Part shown: one piece after another, positions 1 to 14,892 of the stretch
How the letters are laid out: every line of letters starts with the position of its first letter
Numbering within the stretch: the stretch's first letter is position 1
Assembly: GCF_964355755.1 (NCBI RefSeq)
Contig: NC_092673.1
Coordinates: 10,354,001-10,418,000, forward strand
Direction of reading: 5' to 3'
From: Antedon mediterranea
Lineage: Eukaryota; Animalia; Echinodermata
DNA: 64,000 bases
Notes under the pieces: generated by a model
Databases searched by the model: none
Told to the model about the DNA's origin: nothing
The model's input: only the letters and a program-made list of their open reading frames with translations
Translations under genes and position numbers: made by a program

Positions 1-1150
1 GCTGATCTTTCTCTCTCTCGCTGATCTATATCTCTCTCGCTGATCTATCTCTCTCTCTCTCTCGCTGATCTATCTCTCTCTCGCTGATCTATCTCTCTCT
101 CGCTGATCTATCTCTCCATCGCTGATCTCTTTCTCTATCACTGATCTATCTCTCTCTCTCGCTGATCTCTCTCTCTCTCTCTCTCGCTGATCTATCTCTC
201 TCTCTCGCTGATCTATCTCTCTCTCGCTGATCTATCTCCCTCGCTGATCTATCTCTCTCTAGCTGATCTATCTCTCTCTCGCTGATCTATCTCTCTCTCG
301 CTGATCTATCTCTCTCTCGCTGATCTATCTCTCTCTCTCGCTGATCTATCTCTCTCTCTCTCTCGCTGATCTATCTCTCTCTCTCGCTGATCTATCTCTC
401 TCTCGCGCTGATCTATCTATCTATCTATCTCTCTCTCTCTCTCTCTCGCTGATCTATCTCTCTCTCTCGCTGATCTATCTCTCTCTCTCGCTGATCTATC
501 TATCTCTCTCGCTGATCTATCTCTCTCTCTCGCTGATCTATCTCTCTCTCTCGCTGATCTATCTATCTCTCTCGCTGATCTATCTCTCTCTCTGTCGCTG
601 ATCTATCTCTCTCTGTCGCTGATCTATCTCTTTCTGTCGCTGATCTATCTCTCTCAGTCGCTGATCTATCTCTCTCTCTCTCTCTCTCGCTGATCTATCT
701 CTCTCGCTGATCTATCTCTCTCTCGCTGATCTATGTCTCTCTCGCTGATCTATCTCTCTCTCGCTGATCTATCTCTCTCGCTGATCTATCTCTCTCTCGC
801 TGATCTATCTCTCTCTCTCTTTCGCTGATCTATCTCTCTCTCGCTGATCTATCTCTCTCTCGCTGATCTATCTCTCCATCGCTGATCTCTTTCTCTATCA
901 CTGATCTATCTCTCTCTCTCGCTGATCTCTCTCTCTCTCTCTCGCTGATCTATCTCTCTCTCTCGCTGATCTATCTCTCTCTCGCTGATCTATCTCTCTC
1001 TCGCTGATCTATCTCTCTCTCTCGCTGATTTATCTCTCTATCGCTGATCTATCTCTCTCTCGCTGATCTATCTCTCTCTCGCTGATCTATCTCTCTTTCT
1101 CTTGATGATCTCTCTCTCTCTCGCTGATCTATCTCTCTCTCGCTGATCTA
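1..1150 (+). repeat. Compound minisatellite (GCTGATCTA(TC)n), unit ~18-30 bp; left arm of the fold-back; truncated by window start
   Basis: Tandem GCTGATCTATCTCTCTCTC units with variable (TC)n length. A variant block (tctccatcgctgatctctttctctatcactgatc) recurs at ~111 and ~871, a 760 bp offset. Confidence 0.97.
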
Positions 1151-4100
1151 ATAGCTTTAAAACGGATTTGGAGACGTTTTAGACCATTTTGTGCATTTCG
1201 ATGAAACTTGGTTACACAAAAACATGTGCATACAATAGCTTAATATCGTATTTGAGACGTTTTAGACCATTTTGAGCATTTCGATGAAACTTTTCACACA
1301 AAAACAACAAAGTGCACAAAATAGCTTCAAATCGCATTTGGAGACGTTTTAGACCATTTTGTGCATTTCGATGAAACTTTTCACACAAAACATAAAAGTG
1401 CACAAAATAGCTTCAAATCGCATTTGGAGACGTTTTAGACCATTTTGTGCATTTCGATGAAACTTGATTACACAAAAACATCACAAGTCCTTAAAATCAC
1501 ATTTGAAACCGTTTTAGAACATTTTGAGCATTTCGAAAAAATTGTTAACATAAAAACACGAAAGTGCTTAGAATAGCTTCAAAGCGGATTTGGAGACGTT
1601 TGAGGCCATTTTGTGCATTTCCTTAAAACTTTTCACACAAAAACATCAAAATGCATATAATAGCTTAATATCGTATTTGGAGACGTTTTAGACCTTTTTG
1701 TGCATTTCGATGAAACTTTTCACACAAAAACAACAAAGTGCATACAATAGCTTATTATCGTATTTGGAGACGTTTTAGACCATTTTGTGCATTTCGATGA
1801 AACTTTTCACACAAAAACATCAAAGTACAAAAAATAGCTTCAAATCGCATTTGGAGACGTTTTAGACCATTTTGTGCATTTCATTAAAACTTTTCACACA
1901 AAAACATCAAAATGCATATAATAGCTTAATATCGTATTTGGAGACGTTTTAGACCTTTTTGTGCATTTCGATGAAACTTTTCACACAAAACAACAAAGTG
2001 CACAAAATAGCTTCAAATCGCATTTGGAGACATTTTAGACCATTTTGTGCGTTTCATTACACAAAACATCAAAGTGCACAAAATAGCTTCAAATCGCATT
2101 TGGAGACGTTTTAGACCATTTTGTGCATTTCGAAAAAACTTTTCACACAAAAACATCAAAGTGCATACAATAATTTAATTTCGTATGTGCAGACGTTTTA
2201 GACCATTTTGTGCATTTTGATGAAACTTTTCACACAAAAACATCAAAGTGCACAAAATGGCTTCAAATCGCATTTGGAGACGTTTTAGACCATTTTGAGC
2301 ATTTCGATGAAACTTTTCACACAAAAACAACAAAGTGCATACAATAGCCTAATATCGTATTTGGAGACGTTTTAGACAAATTTGTGCATTTCGATGAATC
2401 TTTTCACACAAAACAACAAAGTGCACAAAATAGCTTCAAAACGCATTTGCAGACGTTTTAGACCATTTTGTGCGTTTCATTACACAAAACATCAAAGTGC
2501 ACAAAAAAGCTTCAAATCGCATTTGTAGACGTTTTAGACCATTTTGTGTATTTCGAAAAAAACTTGGTAACATAAAAACACCAAAGTGCTTAGAATACCT
2601 TCAAAATGGATTTGGAGACGTTTTAGACCATTTTGTGCATTTCGATGAGACTTTTCACAAAAAAACATCAAAGTGCATACAACAGCTTATTATCGTATTT
2701 GGAGACGTTTTTGACCATTTTGTGCTTTTTGTTGAAACTTTTCACACAAAACATCAAAGTGCACAAAATAGCTTCAAATCGCATTTGGAAACATTTTAGA
2801 CCATTTTGTGCGTTTCATTACACAAAGCATCAAAGTGCACAAAATAACTTCAACTCGTATTTGGAGACGTTTTTGACCATTTTGTGCATTTCGAAAAAAC
2901 TTGGTAACATAAAAACACCAAAGTTCTTAGATTAGCTTCAAAACGGATTTGGAGACGTTTTAGACCATTTTGTGAATTTCGATGAGACTTTTCACACAAA
3001 CACATCAATGTGCATACAACAGCTTATTATCGTATTTGGAGACGTTTTTGACCATTTTGTGCATTTCGATGAATCTTTTCACACAAAACAACAAAGTGCA
3101 CAAAATAGCTTCAAATCGCATTTGGAAACATTTTAGACCATTTTGTGCGTTTCATTACACAAAACATCAAAGTGCACAAAATAACTTCAACTCGTATTTG
3201 GAGACGTTTTTGACCATTTTGTGCATTTCGAAAAAACTTGGTAACATAAAAACACCAAAGTTCTTAGATTAGCTTCAAAACGGATTTGGAGACGTTTTAG
3301 ACCATTTTGTGAATTTCGATGAGACTTTTCACACAAACACATCAATGTGCATACAACAGCTTATTATCGTATTTGGAGACGTTTTTGACCATTTTGTGCA
3401 TTTCGATGAAACTTTTCACACAAAACCATCAAAGTGCACAAAATAGCTTCAAATCGCATTTGCTGACGTTTTAGACCATTTTGTGCATTTCGATGAAACT
3501 TGATTACACAAAAATATCAAAGTGCTTAAAATCACATTTGAAACCGTTTTAGACCATTTTGTGCATTTCGATGAAACTTTTCACACAAAAACAACAAAGT
3601 GCATTCAATAGCTTAATATCGTATTTGGAGACGTATTAGACCATTTTGTGCATTTCGATGAAACTTTTCACACAAAAACATCAAAGTGCACAAAATAGCT
3701 TCAAATCGCATTTGGAGTCGTTTTAGACCATTTTGTGCGTTTCATTACACAAAACATCAAAGTGCACAAAATAGCTTCAAATCGCATTTGGAGACGTTTT
3801 AGACCATTTTGTGCATTTCGAAAAAACTTGGTAACATAAAAAACACCAACGTGCTTAGAATAGCTTCAAACGAATTTAGTGACGTTTTAGACCATTTCGT
3901 GCATTTCGATGAGACTTTTCACACAAAAACATCAATGTGCATACAACAGCTTATTATCGTATTTGGAGACGTTTTTGACCATTTTGTGCATTTCGATGAA
4001 ACTTGATTACACAAAAATATCAAAGTGCTTAAAATCACATTTGAAACCGTTTTAGACCATTTTGAGTATTTCCATAAAACTTTTCACACAAAACTATTAA

Positions 4101-7100
4101 AGTGCACAAAATACCTTTAAATCGTATTTGGAGACGTTTTAGACCATTTTGTGCATTTCGATGAAACTTTTCACACAAAAACCATCAAAGTGCACAAAAT
4201 AGCTTCAAATCGCATTTGGAGACGTTTTAGACTATTTTGTGCATTTCGATGAAACTTGATTACACAAAAATATCCAAGTGCTTAAAATCACATTTGAAAC
4301 GGCTTTAGACCATTTTGAGTATTTCGATAAAACTTTTCACACAAAACTATTAAAGTGCACAAAATAGCTTCAAATCGTATTTGGAGACGTTTTAGACCAT
4401 TTTGTGCATTTCGATGAAACTTTTCACACAAAAACATCAAAGTGCTTAAAATCACATTTGAAACCATTTTAGACCATTTTGAGCATTTCTATAAAACTTT
4501 TGACACAAAACATCAAAGTGCACAAAAGAGCTCTAAATCGCAATTGGAGACGTTTTAGACCATTTTGTGTATTTCGAAAAAACTTTTCACACAAAAACAT
4601 CAAAGTGCATACAATAGCTTAATATCGTATTTGGAGACGTTTTAGACCATTTTGTGCATTTTAATGAAACTTTTCACACAAAACATCAAAGTGTACAAAA
4701 TAGCTTCAAATCGCATTTGGAGACGTTTTAGACCATTTTGTGCATTTCAATGAAACTTGATTACACAAAACATCAAAGTGGACAAAATAGCTTCAAATCG
4801 CATTTGCAGACGTTTTAGACCATTTTGTGCATTTCGATGAAACTTGATTACACAAAAACATCTAAGTGCTTTAAATCACATTTGAAACCGTTTTAGACCA
4901 TTTTGTGCATTTCGATGAAACTTTTCACACAAAACAACAAAGTGCACAAAATAGCTTCAAATCGCATTTGGAGACATTTTAGACCATTTTGTGCGTTTCG
5001 ATGAGACTTTTCACACAAAAACATCAATGTGCATACAAAAGCTTATTATCGTATTTGAGACGTTTTTGACCATTTTTTGCTTTTCGATGAAACTTTTCAC
5101 ACAAAACATCAAAGTGCACAAAATAGCTTCAAATCGCATTTGGAAACGTTTTAGACCATTTTGTGCGTTTCATTACACAAAACATCAAAGTGCACAAAAT
5201 AGCTTCAAATCGTATTTGGAGACGTTTTAGACCATTTTGTGCATTTCGAAAAAACTTGGTAACATAAAAACACCAAAGTTCTTAGAATAGCTTCAAGACG
5301 GATTTGGAGACGTTTTAGACCATTTTGTGCATTTCGAAAAAACTTTTCACACAAAAACATCAAAGTGCATACAATAGCTTAATATCGTATTTGGAGACGT
5401 TTTAGACAATTTTGTGCATTTCGATGAAACTTTTCATACAAAAACATCAAAGTGCACAAAATAGCTTCAAATCGCATTTTGAGAGGTTTTAGACAATTTT
5501 GTACATTTCGATGAAACTGGATTACACAAAACATCAAAGTGCACAAAATAACTTCATATCGCATTTGCAGACGTTTTAGACCATTTTGTGCATTTCGATG
5601 AAACTTTATTACACAAAAACATCAAAGTGCTTAAAATCACATTTGAAACCGTTTTAGACCACTTTGAGCATTTCGATAAAACTTTTCACACAAAATATCA
5701 AAGTGCACAAAATAAATTCAAATCGCATTTAGAGACGTTTTAGATCATTTTGTGAATTTCGTGAAAACTTTTCAGACAAAAACAACAAAGTGCATACAAT
5801 AGCCTAATATCATATTTGGAGACGTTTTAGACCATTTTGTGCATTTCGATGAAACTTTTCACACAAAAACATCAAAGTGCAAAAATTAACTTCAAATCGC
5901 ATTTAGAGACGTTTTAGACCATTTTGTGCATTTCGTGAAAACTTTTCAGACAAAAACAACAAAGTGCATACAATAGCTTAATATCGTATTTGGAGACGTT
6001 TTAGACCATTTTGTGCATTTCGATGAAACTTTATTACACAAAAACATCAAAGTGCTTAAAATCACATTTGAAACCGTTTTAGACCACTTTGAGCATTTCG
6101 ATAAAACTTTTCACACAAAATATCAAAGTGCACAAAATAAATTCAAATCGCATTTAGAGACGTTTTAGATCATTTTGTGAATTTCGTGAAAACTTTTCAG
6201 ACAAAAACAACAAAGTGCATACAATAGCCTAATATCATATTTGGAGACGTTTTAGACCATTTTGTGCATTTCGATGAAACTTTTCACACAAAAACATCAA
6301 AGTGCAAAAATTAACTTCAAATCGCATTTAGAGACGTTTTAGACCATTTTGTGCATTTCGTGAAAACTTTTCAGACAAAAACAACAAAGTGCATACAATA
6401 GCTTAATATCGTATTTGGAGACGTTTTAGACCATTTTGTGCATTTCGATGAAACTTTTCACACAAAAACATCAAAGTGCACAAAATATCTTCAAATCGCA
6501 TTTGGAGACGTTTTAGACCATTTTGAGCATTTCGATGAAACTTTTCACACAATAACAACAAAGTGCATACAATAGGTTAATATCGTATTTGGAGACGTTT
6601 TAGACCATTTTGTGCATTTTGATTTTTCACACAAAACATCAAAGTGCACAAAATAGCTCCAAATCGCATTTGGAGACGTTTTAGACCATTTTGTGCATTT
6701 CGATGAAACTTGATTACACAAAACATCAAAGTGCACAAAATAGCTTCAAATCGCATTTGCAGACGTTTTAGACCATGTTGTGCGTTTCGATGAAACTTGA
6801 TTACACAAAAACATCAAAGTGCTTAAAATCACATTTGAAACCGTTTTAGACCATTTTGAGCATTTCGATAAAACTTTTCACACAAAAACATCAAAATACA
6901 TACAATAGCTTAATATCGTATTTGGAGACGTTTTAGAACATTTTGTGCATTTCGATGAAAACTTTTCAGACAAAAACAACAAAGTGCATACAATAGCTTA
7001 ATATCGTATTTGGAGACGTTTTAGACCATTTTGTGCATTTCGATGAAACTTTTCACACAAAAACATCAAAGTGCACAAAATATCTTCAAATCGCATTTGG

Positions 7101-10100
7101 AGACGTTTTAGACCATTTTGTGCATTTCTATGAAACTTTTCACACAAAAACATCAAAGTGCACAAAATATCTTCAAATCGCATTTGGAGACGTTTTAGAC
7201 CATTTTGAGCATTTCGATGAAACTTTTCACACAAAAACAACAAAGTGCATACAATAGGTTAATATCGTATTTGGAGACGTTTTAGACAATTTTGTGCATT
7301 TCGATAAAACTTTTCACACAAAACAACAAAGTGCACAAAATAGCTTCAAATCGCATTTGGAGACGTTTTAGACCATTTTGTGCGTTTCATTACACAAAAC
7401 ATCAAAGTGCACAAAAGAGCTCAAAGTCGGATTTGGAGACGTTTTAGACAATTTTTTGCATTCGAAAAAACTTTTCACACAAAAACATCAAAGTGCATAC
7501 AATAGCTTAATATCGTATTTGGAGACGTTTTAGACCATTTTGTGCATTTTGGTGAAACTTTTCACACAAAACATCAAAGTGCACTAAATAGCTTCAAATC
7601 GCATTTGGAGACGTTTTAGACCATTTTGTGCATTTCGATGAAACTTTATTACACAAAAACAACAAAGTGCATACAATAGCTTAATATCGCATTTTGAGAG
7701 GTTTTAGACAATTTTGTACATTTCGATGAAACTGGATTACACAAAACATCAAAGTGCACAAAATAACTTCATATCGCATTTGCAGACGTTTTAGACCATT
7801 TTGTGCATTTCGATGAAACTTTATTACGCAAAAACATCAAAGTGCTTAAAATCACATTTGAAACCGTTTTAGACCACTTTGAGCATTTCGATAAAACTTT
7901 TCGCACAAAACATCAAAGTGCACAAAATAAATTCAAATCGCATTTAGAGACGTTTTAGACCATTTTCTGAAATTCGTGAAAACTTTTCAGACAAAAACAA
8001 CAAAGTGCATACAATAGCCTAATATCATATTTGGAGACGTTTTAAACCATTTTGTGCATTTCGATGAAACTTTTCACACAAAAACATCAAAGTGCAAAAA
8101 TTAACTTCAAATCACATTTAGAGACGTTTTAGACCATTTTGTGCATTTCGTGAAAACTTTTCAGACAAAAACAACAAAGTGCATACAATAGCTTAATATC
8201 GTATTTGGAGACGTTTTAGACCATTTTGTGCATTTCGATGAAACTTTTCACACAAAAACATCAAAGTGCACAAAATATCTTCAAATCGCATTTGGAGACG
8301 TTTTAGACCATTTTGTGCATTTCGATGAAACTTTTCACACAATAACAACAAAGTGCATACAATAGGTTAATATCGTATTTGGAGACGTTTTAGACCATTT
8401 TGTGCAATTTGATTTTTCACACAAAACATCAAAGTGCACAAAATAGCTCCAAATCGCATTTGGAGACGTTTTAGACCATTTTGTGCATTTCGATGAAACT
8501 TGATTACACAAAACATCAAAGTGCACAAAATAGCTTCAAATCGCATTTGCAGACGTTTTAGACCATGTTGTGCGTTTCGATGAAACATTTTGAGCATTTC
8601 GATGAAACTTTTCACACAAAAACAACAAAGTAGCCTACATACAATAGCTTAATATCGTATTCGGAGACGTTTTAGAACATTTTGTGCATTTCGATGAAAC
8701 ATTTCACACAAAACATCAAAGTGCACAAAATAGCTTCAAATCGCATTTGGAGACGTTTTAGACCAATTTGTGCATTTCGATGAAACTTTTCACACAAAAA
8801 CAACAAAGTACATACAATAGCTTAATATCGTAATGGTTTTAGACCATTTTGTGCATTTCGATGAAACTTTTCACACAAAAACATCAAAGTGCACAAAATA
8901 GCTTCAAATCGCATTTGGAGACGTTTTAGACCATTTTGTGCATTTCGAAAAAACTTGGTAACATAAAAACACCAAAGTGCTTAGAATAGCTTAAAAATGG
9001 ATTTGGAGACGTTTTAGACCATTTTGTGCATTTCGTTAAAACTTTTCACACGAAAACATCAAAGTGCATACAACAGCTTATTATCGTATTTGGAGACGTT
9101 TTTGACCATTTTGTGCATTTCGATGAAACTTTTCACACAAAACCATCAAATTCCACAAAATAGCTTCAAATCGCATTTGGAGACGTCTTAGACCATTTTG
9201 TGCATTTCGATGAAACTTTTCACACAAAAACAACAAAGTGCATACAATAGCTTAATATCGTATTTGGAGACGTTTTAGACCATTTTGTGCATTTCGATGA
9301 AACTTTTCAACCAAAAACATCAATGTGCATACAACAGCTTATAATCGTATTTGGAGACGTTTTTGACCATTTTGTGATTTTCGATGAAACTTTTCACACA
9401 AAACATCAAAGTGCACAAAATAGCTTCAAATCGCATTTGGAGACGTTTTAGACCAATTTGTGCATTTCGATGAAACTTTTCACACAAAAACAACAAAGTA
9501 CATACAATAACTTAATATCGTATTTGGAGACGTTTTAGACCATTTTGTGCATTTCGATGAAAATTTTCACACAAAACATCAAAGTGCACAAAATAGCTTC
9601 AAATCGTATTTGGAGACGTTTCAGACCATTTTGTGCATTTCTATAAAACTTTTTACACAAAACATCAAAGTGCAAAAAAGAGCTTCAAATCGTATTTGCA
9701 GAAGTTTTATACCATTTTGTGCATTTCGAAAAAATGTGTTAACATAAAAACATCAAAGTGCTTAGAATAGCTTCAAAACGGATTTGGAGACGTTTTAGAC
9801 CATTTTATGCATTTCTATGAAACTTTTCACACAAAAACAACAAAAGTGCATAAAATAGCTTAATATCGTATTTGGAGACGTTTTAGACCATTTTGTGCAT
9901 TTCGATGAAACTCGATTACAGAAAACATTAAAGAGCAAAAAATAGCTTTAAATCGCATTTGGAGACGTTTTAGATTTTTGTGTGCATTTCGATGAAACTT
10001 GGTTCCACAAAAACATTAAAGTGCTTAAAATCACATTTGAAACCGTTTTAGACGATTTCGAGCATTTCTATAAAACTTTTGACACAAAAACATCAAAATA

Positions 10101-13100
10101 CATACAATAGCTTATTATCGTATTTGGAGACGTTTAGACGATTTTGAGCATTTCGATGAAACTTTTCACACAAAAACAACAAAGTAGCCTACATACAATA
10201 GCTTAATATCGTATTCGGAGACGTTTTAGAACATTTTGTGCATTTCGATGAAACTTTTCACACAGAACATCAAAGTGCACAAAATAGCTTCAAATCGCAT
10301 TTGGAGACGTTTTAGACCAATTTGTGCATTTCGATGAAACTTTTCACACAAAAACAACAAAGTACATACAATAGCCTAATATCGTAATGTTTTTAGACCA
10401 TTTTGTGCATTTCGATGAAACTTTTCACACAAAAACATCAAAGTGCACAAAATAGCTTCAGATCGCATTTGGAGACGTTTTAGACCATTTTGAGCATTTC
10501 GATGAAACTTTTCACTCAAAAACAACAAAGTGCATACAATAACTTAATATCGTATTTGGAGACGTTTTAGACAATTTTGTGCATTTCGATGAAACTTTTC
10601 ACACAAAACATCAAAGTTCACAAAATAGCTTCAAATCGCATTTGGAGACGTTTTAGACCATTTTGTGCGTTTCATTACACAAAACATCAAAGTGCACAAA
10701 ATAGCTTCAAATCGCATTTGTAGACGTTTTAGACCATTTTGTGCATTTCGAAAAAACTTGGTAACATAAAAACACCAAAGTGCTTAGAATAGCTTTAAAA
10801 TGGATTTGGAGACGTTTTAGACCATTTTGTGCATTTCGTTAAAACTTTTCACACGAAAACATCAAAGTGCATACAATAGCTTATTATCGTATTTGGAGAC
10901 GTTTTTGACCATTTTGTGCATTTCGATGAAACTTTTCACACAAAACCATCAAATTCCACAAAATAGCTTCAAATCTCATTTGGAGACGTTTTAGACCATT
11001 TTGTGCATTTCGATGAAACTTTTCACACAAAAACAACAAAGTGCATACAATAGCTCAATATCGTATTTGGAGACGTTTTAGACCATTTTGTGCATTTTGA
11101 TGAAACTTTTCAACCAAAAACATCAATGTGCATACAACAGCTTATAATCGTATTTGGAGACGTTTTAGACCATTTTGTGATTTTCGATGAAACTTTTCAC
11201 ACAAAACATCAAAGTGCACAAAATAGCTTCAAATCGCATTTGGAGACGTTTTAGACCAATTGGTGCATTTCGATGAAACTTTTCACACAAAAACAACAAA
11301 GTACATACAATAACTTAATATCGTATTTGGAGACGTTTTAGACCAATTTGTGCATTTCGATGAAACTTTTCACACAAAACATCAAAGTGCACAAAATAGC
11401 TTCAAATCGCATTTTGAGACGTTTTAGACCATTTTGAGCATTTCGATGAAACTTTATTACACAAAACATCAAAGTGCACAAAATAGCTTCAAATCGCATT
11501 TGCAGACGTTTTAGACCATTTTGTGCATTTCGATGAAATTTGATTACACAAAAACATCAAAGTGCTTAAAATCACATTTGAAACCGTTTTAGACCATTTT
11601 GAGTATTTCGATAAAACTTTTCACACAAAAACATCAAAATACATACAATAGCTTAATATCGTATTTGGAGACGTTTTAGAACATTTTGTGCATTTCGATG
11701 AAACTTTTCACACAAAAACATCAATGTGCACAAAATAGCTTCAAATCGCATTGAGAGACGTTTTAGACCATTTTGTGCATTTCGAAAAAACTTGGTAACA
11801 TAAAAACACCAAAGTGCTTAGAATAGCTTAAAAATGGATTTGGAGACGTTTTAGACCATTTTGTGCATTTCGTTAAAACTTTTCACACAAAAACATCAAA
11901 GTGCATACAATAGCTTATTATCGTATTTGGAGACGTTTTTTACCATTTTGTCCATTTCGATCAAACTTTTCACACAAAACCATCAAATTGCACAAAATAG
12001 CTTCAAATCGCATTTGGAGACGTTTTAGACCATTTTGTGCATTTCGATGAAACTTTTCACACAAAAACAACAAAGTGCATACAATAGCTTAATATCGTAA
12101 TGGTTTTAGACCATTTTGTGCATTTCGATGAAACTTTTCACACAAAAACATCAAAGTGCACAAAATAGCTTCAGATCGCATTTGGAGACGTTTTAGACCA
12201 TTTTGAGCATTTCGATGAAACTTTTCACTCAAAAACAACAAAGTGCATACAATAACTTAATATCGTATTTGGAGACGTTTTAGACAATTTTGTTCATTTC
12301 GATGAAACTTTTCACACAAAACATCAAAGTTCACAAAATAGCTTCAAATCGCATTTGGAGACGTTTTAGACCATTTTGTGCGTTTCATTACACAAAACAT
12401 CAAAGTGCACAAAATAGCTTCAAATCGCATTTGTAGACGTTTTAGACCATTTTGTGCATTTCGAAAAAACTTGGTAACATAAAAACACCAAAGTGCTTAG
12501 AATAGCTTTAAAATGGATTTGGAGACGTTTTAGACCATTTTGTGCATTTCGTTAAAACTTTTCACACGAAAACATCAAAGTGCATACAATAGCTTATTAT
12601 CGTATTTGGAGACGTTTTTGACCATTTTGTGCATTTCGATGAAACTTTTCACACAAAACCATCAAATTCCACAAAATAGCTTCAAATCTCATTTGGAGAC
12701 GTTTTAGACCATTTTGTGCATTTCGATGAAACTTTTCACACAAAAACAACAAAGTGCATACAATAGCTCAATATCGTATTTGGAGACGTTTTAGACCATT
12801 TTGTGCATTTCGATGAAACTTTTCAACCAAAAACATCAATGTGCATACAACAGCTTATAATCGTATTTGGAGACGTTTTAGACCATTTTGTGATTTTCGA
12901 TGAAACTTTTCACACAAAACATCAAAGTGCACAAAATAGCTTCAAATCGCATTTGGAGACGTTTTAGACCAATTGGTGCATTTCGATGAAACTTTTCACA
13001 CAAAAACAACAAAGTACATACAATAACTTAATATCGTATTTGGAGACGTTTTAGACCAATTTGTGCATTTCGATGAAACTTTTCACACAAAACATCAAAG

Positions 13101-14892
13101 TGCACAAAATAGCTTCAAATCGCATTTTGAGACGTTTTAGACCATTTTGAGCATTTCGATGAAACTTTATTACACAAAACATCAAAGTGCACAAAATAGC
13201 TTCAAATCGCATTTGCAGACGTTTTAGACCATTTTGTGCATTTCGATGAAATTTGATTACACAAAAACATCAAAGTGCTTAAAATCACATTTGAAACCGT
13301 TTTAGACCATTTTGAGTATTTCGATAAAACTTTTCACACAAAAACATCAAAATACATACAATAGCTTAATATCGTATTTGGAGACGTTTTAGAACATTTT
13401 GTGCATTTCGATGAAACTTTTCACACAAAAACATCAATGTGCACAAAATAGCTTCAAATCGCATTGAGAGACGTTTTAGACCATTTTGTGCATTTCGAAA
13501 AAACTTGGTAACATAAAAACACCAAAGTGCTTAGAATAGCTTAAAAATGGATTTGGAGACGTTTTAGACCATTTTGTGCATTTCGTTAAAACTTTTCACA
13601 CAAAAACATCAAAGTGCATACAATAGCTTATTATCGTATTTGGAGACGTTTTTGACCATTTTGTCCATTTCGATGAAACTTTTCACACAAAACCATCAAA
13701 TTGCACAAAATAGCTTCAAATCGCATTTGGAGACGTTTTAGACCATTTTGTGCATTTCGATGAAACTTTTCACACAAAAACAACAAAGTGCATACAATAG
13801 CTTAATATCCTATTTGGAGACGTTTTAGACCATTTTGTGCATTTCGATGAAACTTTTCAACCAAAAACATCAATGTGCATACAACAGCTTATAATCGTAT
13901 TTGGAGACGTTTTTGACCATTTTGTGATTTTCGATGAAACTTTTCACACAAAACATCAAAGTGCACAAAATAGCTTCAAATCGCATTTGGAGTCGTTTTA
14001 GACCAATTTGTGCATTTCGATGAAACTTTTCACACAAAAACAACAAAGTACATACAATAACTTAATATCGTATTTGGAGACGTTTTAGACCAATTTGTGC
14101 ATTTCGATGAAACTTTTCACACAAAACATCAAAGTGCACAAAATAGCTTCAAATCGCATTTGGAGACGTTTTAGACCATTTTGTGCATTTCGATGAAATT
14201 TGATTACACAAAAACATCAAAGTGCTTAAAATCACATTTGAAACCGTTTTAGACCATTTTGAGTATTTCGATAAAACTTTTCACACAAAAACATCAAAAT
14301 ACATACAATAGCTTAATATCGTATTTGGAGACGTTTTAGAACATTTTGTGCATTTCGATGAAACTTTTCACACAAAAACATCAATGTGCACAAAATAGCT
14401 TCAAATCGCATTGAGAGACGTTTTAGACCATTTTGTGCATTTCGATGAAACTTTTCAAAAAAAAACATCAAAGTGCACAAAATAGCTTCAAATCGTATTT
14501 GGAGACGTTTTAGACAATTTTGTGCATTTCGATGAAACTTTTCACACAAAACAACAAAGTGCACAAAATAGCTTCAAATCGCATTTGGAGACGTTTTAGA
14601 CCATTTTGTGCGTTTCATTACACAAAACATCAAAGTGCACAAAATAGCTTCAAATCGCATTTGGAGACGTTTTAGACCATGTTGTGCATTTCGAAAAAAA
14701 CTTGAATACACAAAAATATCAAAGTGCTTAAAATCACATTTGAAACCGTTTTAGACCATTTTGAGCATTTCGATAAAACTTTTCACACAAAACATTAAAG
14801 TGCTTAAAATCACATTTGAAAACGTTTTAGACCATTTTGAGCATTTCTATAAAACTTTTTACACAAAAACATCAAAGTGCATACAATAGCTT
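1151..14892 (+). repeat. 86-87 bp AT-rich satellite array, left arm (~160 monomers)
   Basis: Consensus TTTGGAGACGTTTTAGACCATTTTGTGCATTTCGATGAAACTTTTCACACAAAAACATCAAAGTGCACAAAATAGCTTCAAATCGCA (87 nt). Several recurring variants include a ~76 bp form (...GTGCGTTTCATTACAC...). The spurious ORFs repeat every 29 aa, confirming the period. Confidence 0.97.
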
